In this document: piece after piece, positions 1-12,993 of the stretch | Numbering within the stretch: position 1 is the first letter of the stretch | Layout of the letters: every line of letters starts with the position of its first letter | Origin: Squalus acanthias | Lineage: Eukaryota | Length of the DNA: 64,000 nt | Direction: 5' to 3' | Assembly (NCBI GenBank): GCA_030390025.1 | Contig: CM059425.1 | Location: 175,896,001 to 175,960,000 of the forward strand | Notes under the pieces: model-generated | Database searches by the model: none | Told to the model about the DNA's origin: nothing | Seen by the model: the letters and a program-made list of their open reading frames with translations, nothing else | Position numbers and translations under genes: made by a program

Positions 1-276
1 GGGTAGGCCATTTAAGACTGAGATGAGGAAGAATTTCTTCACTCAGAGGGTTGTGAATCTTTGGAATTCTCTGCCCCAGAGGGCTGCGAATGCTGAGTCT
101 TTGAGTATATTCAAGGCTGAGATAGATAGATTTTTAGACTCTAGGGGAATCAAGGGATATGGAGATCGGGCGGGAAAGTGGAGTTGAGGTTGATGATCAG
201 CCATGATCTTATTGAATGGTGGAGCAGGCTCGAGGGGCTGTATGGCCTACTCCTGCTCTTACTTCTTATGTTCTTA
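1..276 (+). mobile_element. CR1 LINE 3' end
   Basis: Encodes a CR1 ORF2 C-terminus (KTEMRKNFFTQRVVNLWNSLP), followed by a CR1 3' UTR ending in a (ttcttatg)n tail like the other CR1 copies in this window. Confidence 0.85.
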
Positions 277-279
277 TGT

Positions 280-1281
280 ACTTACCACCAAAATGTTCTC
301 CCACTGATACCCATTCTACCTGCCCAGCTTCATTCCCTAAACTAAGTCCAGAACTACCCCCTGTCTTGTTGGGCTTGTTACATACTGGCTAAAAAAGTTC
401 TCCCGAATGCATTTTAAGAAATCTGCGCCATCTATACCTTTTACACTGATTTTATCCCAGTTAATTTTTGAGTAGTTGATATCCTCTACTATTACTGCCC
501 TATTGTTATTGCACTTCTCAGAAATTTGCCTACATGTTTGCTCTTCTATCTCTCTCTGACTGTTTGGGGTCTATAATACACTCCCAGCAGTGTGATTGCC
601 CCTTTTTTGTTCTTCAGTTCAACCCATATGGCCTCATTTGATGATACTTCTAGCATATCATCCCTCCTGACAGCTCTAATTGTTTTTTTAACCAATATTG
701 CGACCCCACTCCTTTTTTATCCCCCTCTCTATCTCGTCTGAAAATCCTGTATCCAGGAATGTTGAGCTGCCATTCCTGCCCTTCTTTAAGCCATGTTTCA
801 GTAATAGCTATGATATTATACTTCCACATGTCTATCTGTGCCCTCAGCTCATCTGCCTTATTCACTAGACTCCTTGCATTAAGTAAGTACCATTAAGCAC
901 TGCCAAACACCCTTGTTTATTTTCTAGCCTTTGTTCCTCTGCCTTCCAAACACGCTTACTAATTTTCTGCCTTCCACTTCCAGCTTTGCTCCTCTCCCTT
1001 CTGAATCTACGCTCAAGTTCCCATCCCCCTGCCAAGCTAGTTTAAAACCTCTCCAACAGCACTAGCAAAACTACCCGCGACGATATTGGTCCCAGCCCTG
1101 TTGAGATGCAACCCGTCCGCCTTGTACAGGGCCCACCTCCCCCAGAAACAGTCTCAATGCCCCAGGAATCTAAAGCTCTCGCTCCTGCACCATCTCTCCA
1201 GCCACGCGTTCATCTGTTCCATCCTCCTATTTCTGTACTCACTAGTGCGTGTCACTAGGTGTAATCCGGAGATTACTACCT
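280..1281 (-). mobile_element. Degenerate CR1 fragment (end of ORF1 esterase and start of ORF2 endonuclease)
   Basis: ORF 650..865 reads IIAITETWLKEGQEWQLNIPGYRIFRRDR, the APE endonuclease N-terminus. Sequence is similar to the CR1 at 16700-17600. Confidence 0.8.
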
Positions 1282-1932
1282 TCATCTTCAGATACAGCAA
1301 TAAAAGAGTTTATTTTCTCACTTTGGTAGCTAAAAAGATCTTAAGCTCTTAGTATGCTCCAGCCTTATCTTTCTAGTATAACAGTAATATTATAATAATA
1401 GAGCTACTTCTGATTTTACAGTAACTTTATTATCGCAATGTTACTGTTTCAATATCATAGGGCATGAGCTGAAAGCTTACAAAACTGTGCGATAGAGGGA
1501 CACTTTCATTTTGAAGAGGGAGACACTCATTTCCATGAACCAACTGGCAGTCAGAATAGAACGTAAAATTGTTTTGTCTAGTCCCATTCAAAATAGGACT
1601 AAGAAAATCAGGGCAAAATCTCACTGTAACAGCATAACGTTGACAGAAGTGAATTGTACAGAGTTTCCTTCAGGCATACTGAGTGGGTTCAGTAACCGCT
1701 GTCGCTTATATTCGAATTCAACATTAAGGGAGGGCAGCTTGGGAAAGTATAAACAGCACATACGGAACCAATAATCCCACGGCGCAAGTTTCAGTATATA
1801 GAGATGATTTGGACTTGGGAATCTGGAGCTGTGAGAAGCCAGTGGAGTGTGAAAGGCCTGAAGAATGTGAAGTTTAGCCTTAAAGAGAGTTCAGCCTTGT
1901 TGGGCAAGAATTATTTTTCTTCAATTTAATAC

Positions 1933-2500
1933 TTGCATGAAATAGGAGGAGATACATTTTGTGAGAGTTTATTGCTACTGGGAGTTCAGGCTAAAATTGA
2001 GACTTTGGAGCAGAGGATCTCTGTGCTTAAGGAGCAATTGGCTGCACACTGCAGCTTCAGAGAAGATGAGGGGCTTCTGGATCATATTCTCCAGAACGTA
2101 GTCACCCAAGAGGCAGTACCAGACAGTTCAGGGCAAAGAGAGAAGTGGGTGATTATTCACAAGGGCATCAGAGGTAGATGGGATTCACAGCTGCAGGGAA
2201 TTCCTGAGTTACTGGAATTGTCCAATGCATACTTAGTGTTGAACAAATATGAATAACACTATGGAACAAGGGACTACATAAAGGAATAAGAGGCAGGTAA
2301 ACTACAACAATAGGAGATTAGTAGTAATGGGGGTTGATAGTTAAGGGCATAAAAAGCTTTTTTTCCAGTTGTGACCGGGAGTGGCGAATAACATGTTGCC
2401 TCTCTTGTGGAGGGTGAAGGACGTCATGGCATGGGTGAAAAACATCTGGAAAGGGAGGGAGAATAGTCAAAAGTCATGATTCAAGTTGGAACCACACATA
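1933..2500 (+). mobile_element. Old CR1 ORF1 remnant
   Basis: Peptide LEQRISVLKEQL...VVTQ...LELSNAYLVL resembles the CR1 ORF1 at 16083..16934. Decayed esterase-like sequence follows. Confidence 0.6.
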
Positions 2501-2759
2501 TTACATAGAAGTACGTATTTCTACCTGTGTAGTCCACACAGTTTCGGGGCAAGCTGAAAACATGAAGCTAGGGCCATTCTTAAAACTTTCAACACCCCCA
2601 GGATCTTCAGATCAAAGTGGGACCTTCTGCTGCCAGATGTACAAGGCCAGACACACAGCTGCACCTAATTTTCCTGGCTCTTCTGCTGGTGGCCTGAGAC
2701 AGAAAATCGCAGTGTCCCTGGGGTCAGATGGGAGTATCATGATTTGGGGATAAACGAAG

Positions 2760-2990
2760 GGCCTCATCAGTCAGATATCTGGGGTGCTAAAGCAATCCTT
2801 AAGTTCTTGGATGATCAGGAGGGCCTTACCATATACCTCAGAGAAGATGGGGAAAATTGTAATTGTATGATGGATGCTGCATAATATTACATGGAGAGGA
2901 ATGAGGAGCAGCAGCCACTAGCAGCTGACTGAGCACAGCAGCCAGGGAGACAGGTGTGTGAGGATGTTATTGCCTGGTTCTTACCTCAGG
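2760..2990 (+). mobile_element. Highly decayed Harbinger transposase C-terminal remnant
   Basis: Nucleotide similarity to the GGALQYSPE...CCMLHN region of the transposase at 43120..44193. Confidence 0.45.
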
Positions 2991-2993
2991 CAC

Positions 2994-3436
2994 AGGCTGG
3001 ATTTTCAATGACCCGTGGAGTCGGGTTTGGAGGCGTGTGGGGGGTTAAAGTTGCAGATTCGGGGGTCCAGCCCCCATCCCGCCTCCACGTAATTTTGATA
3101 AAATCGTGTGCGGTGTTCTCGACTCCGTCCCGCCTCGAAGAGGCGGGAGAGGCCATTAAAGCCCTTAACAAGCCCTAAATTGGCTCTGTAATGCCATTTT
3201 GAAACGTTTTAGCTAGTTTAACCCTTTTCTGACGTGAAGCACGCCTGATGTGAAACACGCCAGTGAAACCTGGCGGGAGCACAAGTGGATAGCTGACTAT
3301 CAGCTGCAGGTCCACTATTACAACGGAGATGTGATGAAGGTAGTAGTAGTATTAGGTCTGAAAGTCACCTCTGATGCTGCTGCATTGAATGTCTTCAGAG
3401 ACTGTTGGGGCCTTTGGAGGACCTGGATGGAAAAAA

Positions 3437-3475
<39 letters not shown>

Positions 3476-3730
3476 ATGCTGCCAGGTCCTCTCACAGCAA
3501 AGGCCAGGCAATCTCTGAGACCCGGCAGTCTCTGACCTGCTATGATGACATCATCAGAGGCGACTTTCAGCCTGAAACCACTAATTAGTTCATGGGTTCC
3601 CACATGCTGGAACTCAATTGCCCAATTAAGTGAAAATTGCATCAATCTCCCACATCCAATTTCAGACGGGCGGATAACACGAAATGCGGATGACATGACC
3701 CCAACCCGACCCCAAGACAAAATCCAGCCC
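2994..3730. mobile_element. Harbinger-type MITE containing a (CT)n microsatellite at ~3440-3473
   Basis: Terminal inverted repeats AGGCTGGATTTT...AAAATCCAGCCC, of the same type as the MITEs at 10616-12993. No coding capacity. Confidence 0.65.
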
Positions 3731-5699
3731 ATAATGACTGTGCTTGATCAAGTTTTTTATCTTCAAGCTTGACTTCTTACAACTCCTCCTTGGCCTCCCA
3801 AGCTCCAGCCCATACAAATTCCAACTCATCCAGAAGTGGGCAGTTCAGGAAAATCAACTAGTTGTAGATATTTTGTCAGAACTGGAAACCAGAAGCTAGC
3901 TGAGACTCTTAATAGGACTGACCAAAAAAAAAGTTTAAGCTGCCTCTTCTCATTACAGATGGTGATGGATTTGTGTATTTTTAGCAAAACTTTCTCAATG
4001 TAAAAGGATAAGCAGTCGATTTAGGCTATTAAACCCAGGAAACCAGCATATTTCGAAGTGTGGCTTACTTGTGGGTGTTAAGAGTAGGGAATTCGCAGAT
4101 GACTCAAATGAAAGATCAAAGCCGCTGTGAGCCACTATTTAGAATTGTGGGCACTAATTTTAGGGAAAAATACATGGAAGAATGTTTTCTTCTAGGAAAG
4201 GCAAACATATCGGCACAGATTCCTGATCACCAAGGAAACCTCCAACCTTTCAACCTCAATCTCAATTCATCATGCTCTCTCTCCTCTGACTTCACGAGCC
4301 TCCTATCCTCCTTTAATCTCTCCCTCCATGTAAACTCCCCAACCCATATTCACGGCCACCCCCTCGACCTTGTCATCTCTTGTCGTCTCGCTACTCCCAT
4401 CGTGTCAATCGCAGATAAGGCCATCTCTGACCACTTCTTCGTATCGCTCTCCACCCACATCTCCTTTCCCGCCCCCCAACCCTACTTCCTTCTGTGTCTG
4501 CCCCTGGAAAAAACTCTCTCCCTTCTCTCTTACAACTACACTTACAAAATCCCAACTGTCCAGCCTTTGGCCCTCCATTCACCATGATATTTCTGCAGCT
4601 ACTGATCTGCTCAACCATACCCTCACCACCACCTTTGATGCCCTATTAAAACAATTACTCTCTCTCACTCCAGCCCTACCCCTGGTATGGCCCTCATCTT
4701 CGCTCCCTTAAGTCCAAGGGACGCAGACTTGAATGGTTATGGCGGACAACTGGTTGAGCCATTCACTGCCAGATCTGGCTGGACTACATAAAGCATTATC
4801 GGGTCCTGCTCTCATCTGCCAAAATTGCTCACTATTCCTGAATCACTCTGGAATGCAAAGATAAACCCTGGCATCTATTCTCTACTGCTAACTGTTTTCT
4901 TAAACAGCTCTCCCCGTCATCTCCGACAACAAGTGTGAGGAGCTCATGGATTTTTTGTCTCTAAGATTGAGACCATCCATTCAGCTGTCTCTGCCACTTC
5001 CCTTTCTTCCCCTAGCCCACCAAACCAAACTTCTTCTAATGTTCCCCCCGCCCTAGCCCTGAACTCACATCTTTCTCCAGTTTCTCTCTGATCTCCCCTC
5101 ATGACCTCTCCGCGCTCATCTTGTCCATGAGATCCACTTCCTGCTCCCTCGACCCTATTCCCACCAAACTGCTGACTACCCAACTTCCTTTTTTGGCTCC
5201 CATGTTAGCTGACATTGTTAACGGTTCTCTCTCCTCAGGAACTGTCCCCCTCTCCCTCAAATCTGCTGTCATCACACCTCTCCTCAAAAAACCAATCCTT
5301 GACCCCTCCGTCCTTGCAAACTACCGCCCCATCTCCAACCTCCCTTTCCTCTCCAAAGTCCTTGAACGTGTTGTTGCCTCCCAAATCTGTGCCCATCTTT
5401 CCCATAACTCCATGTTTGAATCCCTCCAATCAGATTTCTGCCCCTGCTACAGTAGTGAAACGGCTCTCATCAAAGTCACAAATGACATCCTTTGTGACTG
5501 ACAAAGGTAAACTATCCCTCCTCATCCTTCTTGACTTGTCTGCAGCCTTTGACACGGTTCACCACTCCATCCTTCTCCAATGCCTCTCCACTGTCGTCCA
5601 GCTGGGTGGGACTGCACTCGCCTGGTTCCATTCTTATCTATCTAATCATAGCCAGAGAATCACCTGCAATGGCTTCTCTTCCCGCTCCCACATCGTTAC

Positions 5700-6356
5700 T
5701 CTCGAGGCAGTGCAAAAAAGGTTCACTCGGTTAATCCCGGGGATGAGGGGGTGGTCATATGAGGAGAGGTTGGGTAGATTGGGACTCTACTCATTGGAGT
5801 TCAGAAGAATGAGAGGCGATCTTATTGAAACATATAAGATTGTGAAGGGGTTGGATCGGGTGGATGCGGGGAGGATGTTCCCGATGACGGGTGAGACGAG
5901 AACTAGGGGACATAGTCTTAGAATAAGGGGCTGCTCTTTCAAAACTGAGATGAGGAGGAACTACTTCACTCAGAGGGTGGTAGGTCCATGGAATATGCTG
6001 CCACAAAAAGCTGTAGAAGCTACAACATTAATTAAATTTAAAACAGAAATAGACAGTTTCCTAGAAGTAAAGGGCATTAAGGGTTACGGGGAGCGGGCAG
6101 GAATTTGGACATGAGTCTAGGTTCGGATCGGTCATGGCCCTGTGGGTAGTGGAGCGGGCCCAGGGACTGTGTAGCCTGATTCTGCTCCTATTTTGTGTGT
6201 GCAATTCTGTTAGATGCAGGAGATGGTTCTGTGATAGATAGTAGATTGGCGGTTAGGATCAGATCAGCCATGATCTTATTGAATGGCGGAGCAGGCTCGA
6301 GGGGCCGATTGGCCTACTCCTGCTCCTATTTCTTATGTTCTTATGTTCTTATGTTC
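5700..6356 (+). mobile_element. 5'-truncated young CR1 inserted in the L2
   Basis: Near-identical to the 3' part of the CR1 at 20525-22800 (LEAVQKRFTRLIPGMRGWSYEERLGRLGL...GIWT*), with a (ttatgttc)n tail. It splits the L2 VTSGVPQG motif. Confidence 0.9.
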
Positions 6357-6978
6357 TTACCTCTGGTGTCCCCCAAGGATCTATCCTTGGCTCCCTCCTA
6401 TTTCTCATTTACATGCTGCCCCTTGGCGACATCATCCGAAAACACAGTGTCAGTTTCCACATGTACGTTGACAACACCCAGCTCTACCTCACTACCACTT
6501 CTCTCGAGCCCGCCACAGTCTCTAAATTGTCAGACTGCTTGTCCAACATCCAGTTCTGGATGAGCAGAAATTTTTTCCAATGAAATATTGGGAAGCCCGA
6601 AGCCATTGTTTTCAGTTCCTGTCACAAACTTTGTTCCCTAGCCACTGACTCCATCCCTCTCCCTAACATCTGTCTGAGGCTGAACCACACTGTTCGCAAC
6701 CTTGGAGTCATATTTGAACCTGAAATGAGCTTCCGACCACATATCCGCGGCACAACTAAGACCGCCTACTTCCACCTCCGGAACATCGCCCTTCTCCGAC
6801 CTTGCCTCAGCTCATCCGCTGCTGAAACCTCATCCATGCCTTTGTTACCTCTAGACTTGACTATTCCAATGCACTGCTGGCTGGCCTCCCACGTTCTACC
6901 CTACGTAAACTTGAGGTCATCCAAAACTCGGTTGCTAGTGTCCTAACTCGCACCAAGTCCTGTTCACCCATCACCCCT

Positions 6979-7082
6979 ATTTTTTTTTATTCGTTTATGG
7001 GATGTGGTGCTACCGAGCCACTCTTGGTGATGGACATTGAAGTCCCCCACCCAGAGTACATTCTGTGCCCTTGCTACTCTCA
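6979..7082 (-). mobile_element. Tiny internally deleted LINE piece inside the L2
   Basis: Poly(T) plus attcgtttatgggat matches the 3' end of the LINE family at 14373 and 39878. It is joined directly to a different internal segment. Confidence 0.5.
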
Positions 7083-9824
7083 CTGCTCGCTGACCTACAT
7101 TGGCTCCCTGTTAAGCAATGCCTCGATTTCAAAATTCTCATCCTTATTTTCAAATCCCTCCATGGCCTTGCCCCTCCCTATCTCTGTAATCTCCTCCAGC
7201 CCCACAACCCCTCAAGATATCTGCGCTCCTCTAATTCTGCCCTCTTGAACATCCCTGATTATAATCGCTCAACCATTGGTGGCCGTGCCTTCTGTTGCCT
7301 AGGCCCTAAGCTCTGGAATTTCCTCTCTAAACCTCTCCGCCTCTCTTTCCTCCTTTAAGACGCTCCTTAAAACCTACCTCTTTGACCAAGCTTTTGGTCA
7401 TCTGTCCTAATTTCTCCTTATGTGGCTTGGTATCAAATTTTTTGTCTTATAATACTCCTGTGAAGCACCTTGGGACATTTTACTATGTTAAAGCTGCTAT
7501 ATAAATACAAATTGTTGTTGTTGTTGCTGTTAAAACCCAGTCCCAGGTGATCTAGTGATTGCCAAAATGCAAATGACAGGAAACACTTTGTATGATATTA
7601 TCCTGTTATTTATGTCCTATTACAATACACCTGTCCATATTTAGGCAGATATATTACATGACGAACATCACTTCCGGTAGAAAATGCTGGACATGGCATT
7701 GGGTAGTGGGGAGTCAGTGGAAAACCTCCATGCCTGTTATTTCTTATATTCCCACCCAGGATATGCTGGTTTATTAGTTTACCAGTGTAACTGAAGAGGA
7801 ACATTTACCCAACTATTTTGTCACACGTTGATTGGCTATCAGTAAGATACTTTGCTGTAGCACCAATAACTCTTGAACTATTTCTGTGTTAATTGTATGA
7901 GGCAGGTGGGTAGATACAATGAACACTGAGCTCCAGCTTAGGCTAACATTCAACCCCAGCTGGTTCATTTGGAAGAGCAAAGGAAATTTGGAAAGAAAAC
8001 ATTATTGTATTTCCTTATTGGGTTACTGGGTTACTCATCTAGTGTGCTCCCAGCAACCTGACCAGGCAATATTGATCATTCCCTGGTATGTCTGTGAACA
8101 GGTTATAAGGAGTTGGAGAAGAAAATGGGGATAAAATTACAAAGGTAGTCTTCAGAAATACTAAAACAGCTGTAGTTATTTATTGTAAACTATTAAGGGA
8201 AGTAAACAAATGGTATGATGAAAAGCACCAGACTTTTCTGAAAATGGCAACCTCTGATTAATATATATGATTCCTATGGCTTTCTGAAGCTTTTAATAAT
8301 CATCAGCCACCAGTTAAATATGGTGTGTCGAGATATAATGTGTGGCCACTATTTCTATTTCCAGTTCAACCTACATAAAAATAGTAACTTCAAACTAAGG
8401 AACCAGGAATATAACATTGAACATTAAGCTGGCAACCTCACTGCCAGGGTCCCTTTTAAGAGGCAAGCAGTAAATTTCAATTAAAATTAACATCATTTTA
8501 TTCTGTTCTGTGCACCGTTTATGATTTTTTGAATATTTTTGTTTTGTTAGTGAATGGCAATGACATCTGTGGTAGCAGTGCTTTGGAAGAGTTTATCTGT
8601 GCAGCAGTGTGAAGAGGCCGAATTACCATAGAGGGTTGCTGCTTCAATCATTGCTGGGTTAATCATTATTAATGATAACTATGCTCTCGAACAATTTATC
8701 TCAGTAATTCGTTCATGCCATTATTCCTGGAGGATGTGGAGATAAAGGTCAGCACTCAGGTTGAAAAAATGTAAAAAGACTGAAATTGACAGAATGAACC
8801 AAAACATGTCCCTGTTAATGAGAATCATTTACTGCTGCCAGAATTTTAAGCTGCTTTCATACTATACGAAACCTACAATAGTTCAGTTGGTTCCCAATGC
8901 AGGGGTCTCACACAGCCGACTGCAATTCAAAGATACACCTATCACGAGTCATTAAGGCCGGTGGCTGGGAAGACCCCTTTTCACACTGGGAGTGCTTTTC
9001 TCATCCAGCATTGAGTACATCACAGTTCCTGTTAAATTGGGTAAAAGGCAAGGTAGTAGCCTTATTCAATCTTCTGGGTCATTCCTTTAGAAAAAAATAA
9101 CATTCAGATACATTAGCTCTTTAAATTATGACATTGTTTTTCAGTACTTTCATTTTTTTAGACATTAATCTTGACTGACAAAAGCAACAACAACAACAAC
9201 ATCTACCTACATAATGCCTTTCATAAAGCGGTGGATTGGAGAGATAGGCTGTTGGGAGGCTTTTGAAGGTGGGGCACAATTTCTGCTGGGTGGGCAGGGT
9301 TCAAATCATCCCTCCACTGTTTATTTTCCAGGAACCAATCAAGAAACAATTCAGTCTCTGGGGAGATCTCTTTTAAACCTCTTTCTAAATTCTTTCACTG
9401 AAAATGGCCATCTCTTCCCCACTTCTGCACTCTAATACCTCACATTATAACAGCATAACTTCTGACTCACTATGAGTAATGACACAGGAGATGTACTAGT
9501 AATAGTATATATACTTTATGATTATGTACATTTCCTGTTGCCCATCACACCCACTGTACTACATTTCAGTGTCACAATGTAACTCAATCAAATTTCAGTG
9601 TCATACTTGTGCTCAATTTTGTATTCATAGATCAGTGACATATCACAACCTAACAAGCAGGCGCCATGCCAATGAACAAGCAACATGCAGGAATGAAAAC
9701 CGCCAATTATGAAGTTCAGAAAATGGGCAGCCTAAAAGACCAATAAAAGGAATAGGCAAAATAATCAACCTACTCAGAATAGTTGTTCAAAAACCTTTAG
9801 CTTACACTTCTTTCTTCAGTCATT

Positions 9825-10572
9825 GGGCCGGATTTTCCGACCCCCACGGGTGTGTACGAGCTGTGTACGCACCCGTAGGGGCCTCGTAAGTGCCGGTTTC
9901 AGGCATGAGAAGTGCATGCGCTAAAACCCGGCACTTCCGATCTGTCAAGAATTCTCTTGACAAATCGCACGCCTGCCCTGGAGAAGGGCCTCTGTGGGTG
10001 GAGTGTTCCGCTTTCTGCACAACCTCCGCCCGCTGAAAACCTTTAAAAATCTTACGTAAGGTCTGCTTTTACCAGCATAAGAGTTTAAAAAAATTTAAAG
10101 ATTTTTTTTTCACACATTTTATAATTTAAAAATACTTTTAAGAAAGGTAAGTTTATTTTTAGCCCCGTAAAAAACTTTAATTATTTTTTTCAAAAAATTA
10201 AATTTTTGTTTAAAATATTTAATTTAATGTAATTTTAACTAATTTTAAATACGTGATTTAAAAAAAATATATTTAATGTTTAACTGTTTTTTAAGTGATC
10301 CCCATTCATACTTTTGACAGATCTGTGTGTAGAGAACTGTCACAAGTGTGCAGGGGATTCCCTTCTTTGATTGGTTCCCCATGGCCCACGTGATCCCAGG
10401 GACGCTTGCGAACCGCATGCGCCCCTGGAATACCTGGGCCTCTGCGCATTTCGTAGAGGAGGGGCCCAGGATCGCAAGTCTCGGGACCTACGGAGCCAGC
10501 AGGTGAGTGTGTAGATTTTTTCCGATTGGAGGCATCTGCCCGCAGGAAACCTCCGATCGGAAAATCTGGTCC
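9825..10572. mobile_element. Harbinger-type MITE
   Basis: TIRs GGGCCGGATTTTCCGA / TCGGAAAATCTGGTCC flanked by a 3-bp duplication ATT. AT-rich core. Confidence 0.75.
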
Positions 10573-10615
10573 ATTGTCTACACTAACGATACGAAAAAGA
10601 ATGAATAGAGTCATA

Positions 10616-11312
10616 GGGCTGGATTTTCTCAGCCTCGAGGAGGCGGGTATGGAGGCGGGACTGCCGATAAAGTTGCAGAATTTGGGGGCGGGTGGCAAAC
10701 CCACCCCCAACCCGCCTCCGTGCCCTCTTGCCAGAAGGTGGGACGCCATCCTGCCCCGGGTCCCGTCTCCTCGAGGTGGGAAAGGGATTAAAGCCTATTA
10801 ACTGCCTGTTTACAGGTAGTTAACAGGCAGAAAATAGGATTATCCCCATTTTTCATTCCGAAGTGCAGGCTTCCCGATATCGGGAACCCCGTCAGGGTGT
10901 AGGAGCCGAGTAGGAGGTTTGCGGGGGTTGGAGGGGTCTGAAAGTGCGATGTAGAGGTGAGTGATGGGTGCAAGTGTGGAGTGGTAAGTATGTGAGGTGA
11001 GTGTAAAGTGTTAGAAAATGTTCACTTACCTTTGTTTCTACCTACAGCCTTCAACCGCTGTGGAGCCGGAGTCCCGAGCTGTCAAATTATGACATTTCTT
11101 CTTTCAAAAATTCTTGACAGATGACACGTCATACGTTGACGTGCTCTGTCACTGACTTCCACCTAATTGGCCTGCTGAGCCTGCTGGGTGGACTTAACAA
11201 GGTCAATCAGGGGAAGATCCCGCTGGTTGGCCAGAGGCTGATGGAGGCAGGACAGAAACCAGGCAAGCAGCAGTCCCGCCTCCAACACGACTCCATTGAG
11301 AAAATCCAGCCC
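10616..11312. mobile_element. Harbinger-type MITE inserted in a CR1 3' tail
   Basis: TIRs GGGCTGGATTTTCTC / GAGAAAATCCAGCCC with TSD ATA, inside an (atagagtc)n tail. Confidence 0.8.
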
Positions 11313-11445
11313 ATAGAGTCATCGAGTCATAGAGTCATAACGGCACAGAAGGAGGTCATTCGGCCCATCGAGTCCATGCCGGCTCTCTGTAGAGCAATCC
11401 AGTCAGTCCCATTCCCCCGCTCTATCCCCGTAGCCCTGCAACTTT

Positions 11446-12203
11446 GGGCTGGATTTTCTCAATGGGGGCGTGTTGGGTGCGGGACTGCTGGTTGTCGGGT
11501 TTCAGTACCGCCCCCAATGACATCCGGCCAACCCATGCTATTTTCCCTTGATTGACCTTGTTAAGCACGCCCTGTAGGCTTAGCAGGCCAATTAAGGGAC
11601 AGCCGGTGACAGAGGACGTCAGCGTATGACGTTTCATCTGTCAACATTTTTTTTGAGAAGCTTTGAGAAGCTGTCAAACACTGACAATCTCTGTTCTAAT
11701 GTAAGCCCTTGTACTGAAGACTCACCAAACCTCTCTCCTTAGCAGAAAACAGATGGCTGTTGCATCGGAGAATGCAGCAGCCATTCTGTCATCTCTGCCG
11801 TTGAGATGAGGCACCTCCGGATCCCCAAGGGTTGAAGCCTGCAGGAAGAAGCAAAGGTAAGTAAACTTTTTCTAACACTTTACACTTACCTCTCACACTT
11901 ACCTCTCCACACTTGCACCCATCACTCACCTCCACAGCGGACCTTTCGATCCCTCTCACCCCCGCAGACCCACTGCTCGCCTCGCTGACCCTGGCGGGGT
12001 TTCCCAACGTCGGGAAGCCCGCACTTGCAGGGGTAAACTGGGGATAATCCTCTTAACTGCCTGTTAACTACCTGTTAACAGGCAGTTAATTGGCTGTAAT
12101 CCCCTTCCCGCCTCCAGGAGATGGGTCCCTGCGCGAGTTTCTGCCATTTTCCCAGCAGTCCTGCCTCCATACCCGCCTCCCCAGGGCTGGTAAAATTCCC
12201 CCC
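11446..12203. mobile_element. Harbinger-type MITE (copy A of an inverted pair)
   Basis: TIRs GGGCTGGATTTT / AAAATTCCCCCC with TSD TTT. Confidence 0.8.
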
Positions 12204-12249
12204 TTTATTTCCCTCAAGTGCCTATCCAGTCTCCCCTTGAAAACATTAA

Positions 12250-12993
12250 GGGGGGAATTTTACCAGCCCTGGGGAGGCGGGTATGGAGGTGCGACTGCCA
12301 GGAAAATGGCAGAAACTGGGGGCGGGTGTCCATCCTGCCCCCAACCCGCCTCCGTGCCATTTTCCTGGGAGGCGGGTCCCCGACTCGCGCAGGGACCTGT
12401 CTCCTCGAAGCGGGAAGGAGATTACAGCCAATTAACTGCCTGTTAACAGGTAAACCCGCCAGGGTCAGCGAGGCGAGCAGTGGGTCTGCGGGGGTGAGAG
12501 GGATTGAAAGGTCCACTGTGGAGGTGAGTGAAGGGTGCAAGTGTGGAGAGGTAAGTGTGTGAGGTGAGTGTAAAGTGTTAGAAAAAGTTTATTTACCTTT
12601 GCTTCTTCCTTCAGGCTTCAACCCTTGGGGATCCGGAGGTGCCTCATCTCAACGGCAGAGATGACATCTGATTTCTGCTAAGGAGAGAGGTTTGGTGAGT
12701 CTTCAGTACAAGGGCTTACGTTAGAACAGAGACTGTCAGTGTTTGACAGCTTCTCAAAGCTGTCAAACGCTGACAATTCATCTGTCAAAAATTTTTGAGA
12801 GATGAAACGTCATACGCTGATGTCCTCTGTCACCGGCTCTCCCTTAATTGGCCTGCTGAGCCTGCAGGGCGGGCTTAACAAGGTCAATCAAGGGAAAATA
12901 GCGTGGGTTGGCCGGATGTCGTTAGGGGCGGGACTGAAACCCAACAACCAGCACTCCCGCCCCCAACGCGCCCCCATTGAGAAAATCCAGCCC
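12250..12993. mobile_element. Harbinger-type MITE (copy B, inverted relative to copy A)
   Basis: TIRs GGGGGGAATTTT / AAAATCCAGCCC with flanks TAA/TGA. It is the reverse complement of 11446-12203 apart from private indels. Confidence 0.8.

Larger units (their letters stand above)
4250..7530 (+). mobile_element. L2 LINE (degraded ORF2: endonuclease end and RT), interrupted by two insertions
   Basis: Motifs HGHPLDLVI, CSLDPIPTKLL, NYRPISNLPFLSKVLE, LLDLSAAFDTV, GVPQGSILG, HWLPV, GGRAF...GPKLWN, and a 3' end ctatataaatacaa(ttg)n. Confidence 0.85.

Noticed and set aside
5215..6114. 299-aa chimeric L2/CR1 RT ORF as a fusion gene
   Set aside because: It is a chance in-frame junction made by the CR1 insertion into a degraded L2 and lacks the catalytic motif.
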